DNA of 61,591 nt from IMG/VR virus record IMGVR_UViG_3300020187_000013; one strand, given 5' to 3'. The position numbers and the translations under genes are program-made. Position 1 is the stretch's first letter; every line of letters starts with the position of its first letter. Below are positions 1 through 31,400 of this stretch, piece after piece. This DNA comes from an uncultured virus (IMG/VR IMGVR_UViG_3300020187_000013). Lineage: Duplodnaviria > Heunggongvirae > Uroviricota > Caudoviricetes. The notes under the pieces were generated by a model. The model saw nothing but the letters and a program-made list of their open reading frames with translations, was not told the DNA's origin and ran no database searches.

Positions 1-2
1 TT

Positions 3-3000
3 GTAGAATCTATTATAGGGCCTTCTCAGAAAGTCGCAATTAGTGCAATAGAATATTATGGTCCTGATTATTCTACAGTTCTATCTACCGAATTAAATTA
101 TTCTAAATCAATTAAAAATGGTAAATTTGATAAATTTACAGGAACACTTCCATCTGATTATATTCAAATTACTAATAATGAACTTATAAATTGGGAAATA
201 AATCCTCATATACCCAATAATGAAAGAGAAAAATATTTAAATATCAAAGATACCGGTTCATTAGCAATAGATTTGCCATCATGGGGGGATTCTATAAGCT
301 CAAAATTTTCAATAAGTTTATGGATTTATAATAAAGGCGGCGATCATAGAGGTACTATTATAAGTCAGGGATGGAACCATAGTGGCTCACAGTGGGTAAA
401 CCCCGAGACAGGATGGATTATTTATTTTGGCAGTGATGGATATTCACCTAATTATAATAGTAGATGTATATATTTTGCATTTGGAAACAAAAGTTGGGCT
501 TTAAAAGGTACTGGTATGAGACAAACAGCAACAAATAGCATTAAAGATAATACATGGCATAATATAATTATAATAAGAGATACTTATAATTTAGATATCT
601 ATATTGATAATATAAAGCAAACGTTATATAAAGATGGTACCAATGATAACGATGAAGGGCTGGGATCAAACATAATAGGATATTCATCAACAAAATTACA
701 TTTAGGATGGAATGAGAGTTCTGAAAACTATAATACAGGAATTTTTGATGGATATCTTAAAAACCTTTATATTTTTAATACAGCTATTTCAGATATTAAT
801 CGAAACTCTTTATCTTCATCTAGATTTAATAATGATACAAATTATGAGACTTATTCTGATTTAGTAGCCTATTGGCCATTTAATAATGACCTAACAAGTA
901 AAAAAAATGAAGAAGATATATTTTATGGAAACCCCACTCCCACATATGTATTGGATTTAGATTATAATAATAATTATTCACAAAATTCCTACATAAATTA
1001 TATACATAAAAATAGTGAAACATACAGCCTACCTTCTGTTATAGGAAATTATTTTATTGGATTATATAGTTCTAGTTCATTGTATCCTACTAAAATTAAA
1101 CATAAAATAGGATCATCTATCTCAGCAGGTGACTATAAGATTAGTTGGTATGCTGTTAATAATCTAAGTTATGGAAATTCAAAACTTAAGGCTGAATTTA
1201 TCAACGAAAGTGATATTACTTTAAATTCAAAGGAATTTGATTTATTTACAATATGGAATAGATATGAATTAATTATCACTAATTCGCCTGAAACTCTATA
1301 TATTCAATTTACAAATTTAGGTACAAATATGAAATCAACAATATTTATAGATAATGTAATGATAGAATCTACTGATAAAAATAAATTAACAGGAAATGAT
1401 TTTGAAGAAAAATTAGATACTGTAGTAATTAAAAATTTTACAATACCTTCTATAGAGGAGCTTCGTGATAAACCCTATACAGGATATATAAAAATGACTG
1501 TAACAAAACCTGCTGGTACTGAAGTGTCGTTCTCATACCTAGGTATATTTGCTGAGGAAGACCATGCTATAAATGGATCTGGAGGCTACATTCACGGTGA
1601 TAATAATAACTTATTACATAAATACTTTAAAGAGCAGAGGGCAACAGGGTCCATGTACCCTAGCCAAACTGAGCACGTGCAAGGAAACACACGATGGCAT
1701 CAGCACACTTATTTAAGCAATTGGGGTACGGCGTTTGGGTCATGGATGATGAATGATATAAATGATATTGAAGGTTTAATTCAGATATTTGGAGGTGAAT
1801 TGGACAGAGTTGCGATGATGACACACGGCACAACTACATATGACGACTGGAATCGAGCAGGAATCCGCGGACAAGGGGTGAAATTTAAAGGAAACCAATC
1901 ATCTATACTTGGTGATAATAATACATATTTAATGATAAAAGTTAAAGATATACCTAAAAATTGTTATTGTAAGATGTCAGGCCTACGAACTACTGGAGTA
2001 AAAAATGTGTATTGGCAATTAGAATTTTCAGAAACTGGAAATTCAGGGACGTGGGAAACAATTCAAAGTACATTTACACCATCAGAAAATATTAATTATA
2101 GTGATGGTACATCTTTTAATGCTAACACCACATATAATACCAATAGTAGCCAAACATATGACTCAAATGATGAAGTAGATAATATTCGTAAAATATTTAA
2201 ACTAACATTCCCGACTCGTCAAATAAATACTTTACCTCCTTTAGATTTTAAAGTATCCATTAAACATCCAACGATAGATGATAGATCCTATTTTATCGGG
2301 AATAAAACTATAAATACATATTCAAAACTAATATACGACAGAGGGTTTGACCATGTAGAACTGAGAACTAATTTAAAAGATCATATAATAATTAGTAATC
2401 ATGTATCTGATTGGAAACAGTCAAATAATACGAGTGTTACCCTTAATGGACCTACATTATTAATAGAAAATTATGTACATAGTTTAAATGAATCCGAATG
2501 GGAATTTGAAGGAGCTAGAAATATATGGTACGAGGAAAGTTCCAATGTTGGCTTGTCTTTTCATTCATTAGGTGCAGGCAAATATTTTAAGCCTCTAGAC
2601 AATAACTCTTTCTGGCTTTACCGAATTGGAGCTAATCCTTCAACTGATAATTATCTAATTTCATATCATAATACAGGAAAATTACTAAATTGGAAGAGTA
2701 ATAAAAAATATTATTTGCGTACAATGATATTTAATTTTGAACCTGCTGAAAAAATCGGAAGTAGTAGATTCTTCGCTAACACGGATGGGGGGGGCTCTTA
2801 TGCTAGGTGGGATGATGTTTACGGTGCTAATAATACAACAGGTAGAGGAGCTGGTTTTATGGTAAGAGATACCAGCTGGTCCAACAATCCTAATGAATCG
2901 CTAGGATATAGTGGTTCAATTATAAATTTACAAAAAGTATTAAGTAATGAGTGGGTAATAGTTAGTTACCAATTTAAATATGATGAGGTTAAAGTATATA

Positions 3001-3902
3001 ATAATTCAGTATCAAATATGATAGGTTTAGACTATACTCGTGGTGCAACAAACGGTCATGGTCCAGATTCTTGGCGGCCCTACAATGTGCGCACTAGTCA
3101 ATCAAATTTGTTAGCCCAGACAGCGGCAAGTAGAGCATCATTAGGAGTTGGCTCCCCCTCTCCTTCTTATAGGGCACCTTATTTTGCTGGAATGACTTAT
3201 CATGCTCGTGATACAGAATTTACAGAAGCAGAAATGAAAGATCTACATTTAACTTTTATGGAACATTATAATATACATAGACCTCCTGGTTATTATCTTG
3301 TTTATCCAGAAGTACATATAAATAATATTTTAATTGGATATACTGAACAAGCTAATACTGGAGGTCATGATCAAAAAACACTTTATAATATTACATTATC
3401 GTCTGATAGTAATTTAATTATTTCTGATGTACAAAACTTCCCAGGTACATGTTTAAATGTGTATAGATATTTTAGATGTCAAACTCAAAATTCGGATTCT
3501 AATATACAAATAGAACCTGGCACCCCAGGAATATCAGATTCAATAGGTTATTTTATAAAATCTAATGAGGATCAAAATATAATGATATATGGTGAAATAC
3601 AAAATTCTGTAGATGAATACTATATATGGTTAAAAACAGCAACAGGGTATAATTACACAGGATATGGACTATTTAGAGAAGATGAATTAACAAATTCAAG
3701 AAGCTATGATGATACATCAAATCTTTTAGATGGAGAAGCACCATCACGTGCTAGATCATGGTGGGCTGGGTGGAAACCAACTCACGCAAAAAAATGGCAA
3801 TTAAAGAAAGATATTAATTATGCTTTTATTGTGGGAAAAGCAAATGATAATTCAACTGCGTATTTACCTAGAATAAAATGGTATTTTAACCGCACTACTT
3901 AA
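3..3902 (+). CDS. 5'-truncated large putative virion surface/adhesin protein with a LamG/concanavalin-A-like domain and carbohydrate-binding-like beta-sandwich domains
   Basis: The frame of ORF 273..3902 is open back to nt 3 (VESIIGPSQKVAISA...), so the TTG at 273 is not the start. LamG-like motifs: FSISLWIY...GWIIYF...DNTWHNIII...IYIDN...LHLG...FDGYLKNLYIFNTAIS...LVAYWPFN. DUF642/CBM-like motifs: NGKFD...GDYKISWY...WNRYEL...IFIDNV. Confidence 0.75.
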   Translation, partial: VESIIGPSQKVAISAIEYYGPDYSTVLSTELNYSKSIKNGKFDKFTGTLPSDYIQITNNELINWEINPHIPNNEREKYLNIKDTGSLAIDLPSWGDSISSKFSISLWIYNKGGDHRGTIISQGWNHSGSQWVNPETGWIIYFGSDGYSPNYNSRCIYFAFGNKSWALKGTGMRQTATNSIKDNTWHNIIIIRDTYNLDIYIDNIKQTLYKDGTNDNDEGLGSNIIGYSSTKLHLGWNESSENYNTGIFDGYLKNLYIFNTAISDINRNSLSSSRFNNDTNYETYSDLVAYWPFNNDLTSKKNEEDIFYGNPTPTYVLDLDYNNNYSQNSYINYIHKNSETYSLPSVIGNYFIGLYSSSSLYPTKIKHKIGSSISAGDYKISWYAVNNLSYGNSKLKAEFINESDITLNSKEFDLFTIWNRYELIITNSPETLYIQFTNLGTNMKSTIFIDNVMIESTDKNKLTGNDFEEKLDTVVIKNFTIPSIEELRDKPYTGYIKMTVTKPAGTEVSFSYLGIFAEEDHAINGSGGYIHGDNNNLLHKYFKEQRATGSMYPSQTEHVQGNTRWHQHTYLSNWGTAFGSWMMNDINDIEGLIQIFGGELDRVAMMTHGTTTYDDWNRAGIRGQGVKFKGNQSSILGDNNTYLMIKVKDIPKNCYCKMSGLRTTGVKNVYWQLEFSETGNSGTWETIQSTFTPSENINYSDGTSFNANTTYNTNSSQTYDSNDEVDNIRKIFKLTFPTRQINTLPPLDFKVSIKHPTIDDRSYFIGNKTINTYSKLIYDRGFDHVELRTNLKDHIIISNHVSDWKQSNNTSVTLNGPTLLIENYVHSLNESEWEFEGARNIWYEESSNVGLSFHSLGAGKYFKPLDNNSFWLYRIGANPSTDNYLISYHNTGKLLNWKSNKKYYLRTMIFNFEPAEKIGSSRFFANTDGGGSYARWDDVYGANNTTGRGAGFMVRDTSWSNNPNESLGYSGSIINLQKVLSNEWVIVSYQFKYDEVKVYNNSVSNMIGLDYTRGATNGHGPDSWRPYNVRTSQSNLLAQTAASRASLGVGSPSPSYRAPYFAGMTYHARDTEFTEAEMKDLHLTFMEHYNIHRPPGYYLVYPEVHINNILIGYTEQANTGGHDQKTLYNITLSSDSNLIISDVQNFPGTCLNVYRYFRCQTQNSDSNIQIEPGTPGISDSIGYFIKSNEDQNIMIYGEIQNSVDEYYIWLKTATGYNYTGYGLFREDELTNSRSYDDTSNLLDGEAPSRARSWWAGWKPTHAKKWQLKKDINYAFIVGKANDNSTAYLPRIKWYFNRTT

Positions 3903-3945
3903 TAAAAAAACAAAAAAATAACAACAAATATATAAATTTGATAGA

Positions 3946-3969
3946 ATTTGTAAAATATATTTTACAAAT
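3946..3969. terminator. Perfect 24-nt palindrome downstream of gene 1 (candidate giant-virus 3'-end/polyadenylation hairpin)
   Basis: ATTTGTAAAATA|TATTTTACAAAT, starting ~45 nt after the stop codon. Confidence 0.5.
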
Positions 3970-4029
3970 AGAATTAAAAATTCATTTATATAGATTTAAT
4001 ATTGTATAATATTATATATATAATATTAA

Positions 4030-16314
<12,285 letters not shown>

Positions 16315-16606
16315 TAGTAATTTATATTAATAAGATTGAATGTTTTATCTAATTTATTATAAATTGATAATAATAAATTATTAAATTATCTTCATTTGAT
16401 TATAATTCATCTATTATAGCTAAAATAAAATTTGTAACTTATTCAAAAAAAAATCATAATTTTGTTATATCTAGAATGATATAATTCATTAAATGTTAAA
16501 TAATAATAAAGTTCTATCTATAATGTTTCAAATAAACAATATACATAAAGGTTTGCTTTATGATGTATATCATACCTAAAATTAACAGTATATAAATAGA
16601 TTTAAT

Positions 16607-16640
16607 AATTATATTTATTTTTAAAAAAATAAATATAATT
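16607..16640. terminator. 16-bp perfect inverted repeat in the gene 2/gene 3 spacer
   Basis: AATTATATTTATTTTT-aa-AAAAATAAATATAATT. A second 11-bp stem lies at 16350-16380. Confidence 0.45.
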
Positions 16641-16669
16641 TTAATAACTTATTATAATATATATTATAT

Positions 16670-25411
<8,742 letters not shown>

Positions 25412-25472
25412 ATTCAAAAAAATAACTTATAATTAAATATGATATAAATTTATTTTTATATATTATATTTAA

Positions 25473-28400
25473 ATGAATACTCATGGTAAAGGAGATAGAA
25501 GAAATAATTGGTTACTTGAGCAAACATTTTATTTGAATAACAATTTAATGTTTATTGATGGAATTGTAGATCAATATAATTCCAATTTAGATAAATGGTT
25601 TAAGCATGGGCAGGCGCAATTTACGAGACCAGGAAAATCTTATAAATTTGGTTCTGTTACTATTATTACTAAAAAAGATCTTAAATTTTCGACAGGAACT
25701 GGTACATGTAAATTTGGAATCTATGGCAAAAATAATAATAACTGGATATTTTTAGACAGTTTTAAGGTAGGTGCTAATCCTACAAATAGTAATGAATATG
25801 CGGATCAAACTACTCATGAAGATAATAGATTTATTAGAATTACAAAATATTTTAATAATAGTAATTTTTATTATTCCTATATGCTTAGGAATATAGAAGT
25901 AGATGAAAATTTTATAGATAGCACTGATAATTCATTATGCGATGCTGGTCATATTATAGAAATTGAATGGGGAAATTTTATTACAAGAGATATAACTACG
26001 TATACTTTTATTGAAACTAATACCTTGTATGAAATAGGGTCCCACAGTGATGTTAAATATATTACTAATGCTAATACTAAATTATTAGATACAGTAACAG
26101 AACTAAATTCGTTAATTAAATTGCAGTTGCAAACACCAGAAAATCAATCTATAATATTACCTCCCGATTCTACAATTAGTTATAAATTAGATAACGGCCA
26201 ATTAATTGATATTGCTTTTGATAATTCTACTAATGAAACAACTTTAAGAGTACCTTTACATAATGCTTCTACTTGTGCTACATTAAATATTAGTACTCCT
26301 AATTTATCGTTAGATCCATATAATCCTAAATGGAGTGATTACCCTATAAAACCTCCTTTTACGAATTATCAATTGGAATTACAAAGTGAAAATTGGTATG
26401 CTTTTCCTCGTGGTGGAACTTTAGTATCACCTACAAAACTTCCTATTGGTAGAAGTGAGTTAGAAAGTAGGGAAGTTGAATTACATATGAAATTTGATAA
26501 AGCAATTCCCAGTGAAGATATTTTTAAAATTTATGGAGAATTTTATAAAAAAGATAAGGAAACAGGTAATTGGGGAGATTTAGTTGAAAAAGTGGATTGT
26601 GATACGATTACTGATCATAATGATACACTATGCTTAAAATTTACTCTAGATGATGATGTAGACTATCTAGGATATTTTATCTTTAAATTAGGAGATTATT
26701 ATAGATATCAGAAATGGGAGTTAAATAATTTAACAGATATATACACCTATCCAGAAGGTAACCAAGGTTTGCCTCAATATTTATTTATTAATCAACAACC
26801 AGAAGATACACTTACATTTTTTGTAAAATTAAATGATGAAGATATACTTGGTGAAATTGAATCTATAACGGCAGATGAGCCTTTGATAATAAATAGTCAT
26901 ATTTATCATGATAATATATTAACAATTAAATTTCAATCTTCAGTTACACCTATAGATATAAACTTTACTATTAAAATAAAAAATCAAAATCATCTTAATA
27001 ATATTATATATGATATTCCTTATTCTATTAGTGCTCAAAAACAAATTAATCCTTCTAGTATTATGTCAAATGCCAATACACAGTCTAATAAACTTGAATA
27101 TTGGAAATCAAGTGACGGTAGTTTATTAGCTCCTACTTTTAAAAATAAATTAGAGTTTGATCATCTATTTTTTGAAGGATTTACAATTAACAGTGATAAT
27201 AGTAGTATTACACAAGACGGTAATGCTTTATCAGGTACCTTTTCAAAAAAATCAGGTGATGATAATGTGATAATTATAGACAATCTTTCTATTACATCAA
27301 CAAATCAAGTAACAATTACTATAGCAATAGATAAACCAGATGATAATAGAAGTTTTCAGGTTTATATTCCTACTTCTGATATAGTAGAATTATCTTTTAA
27401 TCCAGAAATTACTAATTCAGCTACTAGTTATCTTCTTCAATACTCCCCTAATTATAAGCTTCCTAATACTATTACGATTAAGGATGCAGTATTCAGTAAC
27501 TTTAACTTGCATAGTATTACAATAACACAAAATGATGATATTAGCCAAAATGATGCTTATAGCTCTTATCCAGAAACTGGTTTTAAATCTGAATTATCAG
27601 ATGATACCATAACGATAAACCATTTATTATTATATAATGATAATACAACAGTTACATTCACTATTGATCTGAGAGAAAAAAATGATAATATTAAATATAA
27701 TGACTATTCATTTGTTTTTGATATCTTAGGTACTGATATAGAGGAAATACTTTTTAATCCTCAGATTACGAATCCTGATATAAATACAAATACATATCCT
27801 AGCCCCAGCCCCAAATTACTATATAGAAATGAAAGTGATAATCCATTTGAAAATACTCTTATTATACAAGAAAATAATATATTTATAGATGTCAATAAAC
27901 ATGTCAACGTAGATATAGAAAGAACAAATACTAAATATTCATTAATAATTCAACAAAATAATGATGACTATAAGATTACAATTCCTTCAATTGTTATACC
28001 AAATAAAGATAGCTCAGTTATACTAAAAATTTATTATGATAATAGTGAATATGACATAACAATATTACCAGAGGACATTGAAATAGTGTCGCCAAATCAT
28101 ATTTTCTCTACTTTTAAATTACCTCCCATGATAAATGATAATTGGACAAGTAAGACTTTAGATTCTGATGGCAATGAAGCCCCCCCAAAGAAAATCTTTG
28201 AAAGCTTAAGATTAAGTCCAAATAAACAAGAAATTATTTGGGATAACAATATGAATTTATCTCCAACAAATTATCCTAATGTAAACGTTGGGTTTGCTAT
28301 TAATCATATTTTTTCAAGTGATAGTACTGTTATTATTTCTTATGATCAAGGTGATGATAAGGAATTTGGATTAGTAATTGGAAAAACTATTGACATTGAT

Positions 28401-31400
28401 GATTTTGTAGGAACAACAACTAATTTTGAACTTTATTCATCTACCTATAGTGGATGGAATTCTATAATACAATATCATAAGGATACGGATAATCGTAATG
28501 AAAACTATAAATATCTTTACGCATTTATGGGACGTCCATCATACAATGGAGGTATAGATTTATATGATGATACAGCATCATATGCTGTACAACCTCCCAG
28601 TGGTTATAGTAATCAAAACAAAGCTAACTCAGAAGGTTGGTTGGGTTCTAATGGAGGCTTTGGAGATTACAGACATCATATGTTTGATATAAAAGAAAAA
28701 CACATAAAACAATACGTAAAATTTGAAAGAAAAGATGGTCAAATGAGAATTAACTATTCAAATGAACTAAGTAGTGGATACAAAGAAAATGATTATGTTA
28801 CAAAAATGGGAGTTATTAATCCCGAAGAAGAAGAATATTTAGTTATGATGAAATTTAATTTAAAACGTGAGAGTTTGCCTATAACTCAATGGCCTAAAAT
28901 TGAAAAAATACCAAGTTTACGTAATGTAATATATGATTTACATCCAGAATCTCAACGATATGTAAATCGTTCGTTATTAGAAGCTGATAAACAAAATATT
29001 TCATTCAATTTAGTAGGAAGTTTTAAAAGCTGGAGTTTAAGTAAAGAAGTATCCTTTAATATAAAAAATTTTGTAGGTGATAATGCAAAAAAAAATAAAA
29101 CATTTTTTAAAGTTTACATGACTGTTAATGACAATACAACTGAACAAATAGTAAGTGCAAATTTTTTCCATAAAGATATTACTAATCAAACTGATAGAAA
29201 TTTAATGAAACAAGGTTTCAACATCCCCGATGAAGACTTAGACTTGCAATATATTGTAGTAGATTCAAATGAACAGGAAATTTCAGATGGATTACTAGAA
29301 GTATTACGAATAAAGCAACATTATAATGGTAATTTATTTCCTACAATTAATGGAAAATGCACTCTAAAAAGAATAGATATATATAACTCAATTGTTATTG
29401 ATAGAACTGGAGATTACAATATAAAATTAAATCAAAAAGAAAGTTATATACAGCCTATACCAGGATTTTTAATAACTCCAGTTTATAGTACTTATCCGGC
29501 TACAACAAATAATGGATCTTTAGAAGAGCCTGACTCATCCACACATAACATCGCATTAAATGAATGGAAACCTCATCCTACTGGCGGGAGTGGAGGATTT
29601 AATAGAGCGACTGTTATTAATTATATTTTTAGATCAGATTATTGTATAATCACATCATTCAAAAATAATGACATTATAGCAGGAATTATCTATAAACGTG
29701 GACTTTCATTAGCACCAGATATATACACTGGTTTTACAAGCGCACCCACAGGAGTAGTACCAGCACATGTAGGTTATACCGGCTTTAAAAATAATTATTT
29801 AGTAAGACCTTCTAATGGCTATTTCGATCCCCACCGAATATATGGGGGTATTCTTAATAATAACGGTAATCATATATTTATTAAATTTGAACGTATTGGT
29901 AATTATACAGCAATTTACACAAGTGACAAAAATTCTGAACTTATGGGGCCTAATGATCCTGATGCGAATTGGTCATTAGTAGTATCTAATCGTAAAACAT
30001 TAGGTATAGAATCTTGTATTCAGATTGGTATTAAAAATACACCATTAAGTTCAGTTGACCCAACAAATTTAAAGATTATCTATGCCAGTTTTGTACCTTT
30101 TAATCCAATTATATCTAATTCCGATGAAGTAGCAATTTCTTATACAGGTAATAATAAAGCTAAATTATTATATGGAAATAATTTTTCGAATAGTCTGAAA
30201 ATAGAAGACAAAAATTTATTTACTGAAAATAATAAACAAGTTACTGTTACTGTAGAGGGAGATGGTTTAACCAATGTTCTACATACCGTTAATGTTAGTA
30301 ATGGTGTGATTACTGTTCCAACATTAATATTAAAAGATAATAGTATGGTAAGATTGAATATAGAATATAATGGAACAAATTTTGCTATAAATATTCCTGA
30401 AGATGAAATTGCTCCATTATATGTTCCTTATCTAAATAATGTAGATGCTAGTGAAAATACTACTAAATTATTAGTCGGTAGTGATTATGAAAATACCATT
30501 ACTATTCAAGAAGTAAATTATTTTGTAGAAGATACTGATGTAACTATTGGATTATCTGGTAGTGGTATTGGTGATACCGTGACACCTCGTACATTAACTA
30601 TAGATAATGATAATAAAATAATAATTGATAAAATTATATTAACTTCTAAGTCTGATATTACTATTAATATTCAGTATAATAATACTAACTATAATTTAAT
30701 TATAGCAGCTGAAGACATAAAAGATCTTAATAATGGAGAAGGTGGTTTAGTTGTTTCAAATACCAACTTTTCTGGTGGAATTCCAACAGATGATGGAGTA
30801 CAATTAGAAACGGTACAATCAGAGATGTTTGGATGGACTAATTATGAAAATGTGTGGAAGATCAAATCCGGCTCTCAATCGTGGATTGGTAGTGGTACAC
30901 CTTCGCCTCCTTTGGTCGATGTCCAAAATGATTATTTGATTGGTCTTCATAATAATGATACATCAGGTAATGAATGTAGTATTTCTACAACTTATTATAA
31001 TACAATACCAGGAGATTCATATGTTTTATCATGGTGGCAACAAAATAATGTAATAGTAACTTTATCACTAATTGCTAGTGATGATTTTTCGTCTGGTCCT
31101 TCACCATCTGATTATATAGCAGTTACTGGTACTGATTTAGTTGGATGGAATATACCAGAATTGACTCCTAGTAATAAAATTCGGATAATTAAAAGTGGAA
31201 GAACTTCTGGCAGTTTTGAAAACGTTAGATCACCAATTATAGACGGTGTGGAAAGTGAATACTTTATTGTTTTGCATAGTAGTCTACCTCCTGATTCCGG
31301 TGGGGAAAGAAAAATGTCTTCTGATATTAGTGGATTAGTTGTAGGATCCAGATACAGGATATCCTGGTATGAAAGACTGCGGGCAGGGACGGGGTATGCG

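Noticed and set aside
273..275. TTG start of gene 1
   Set aside because: The frame is open to the window edge and the upstream residues show domain similarity, so the gene starts before the window.
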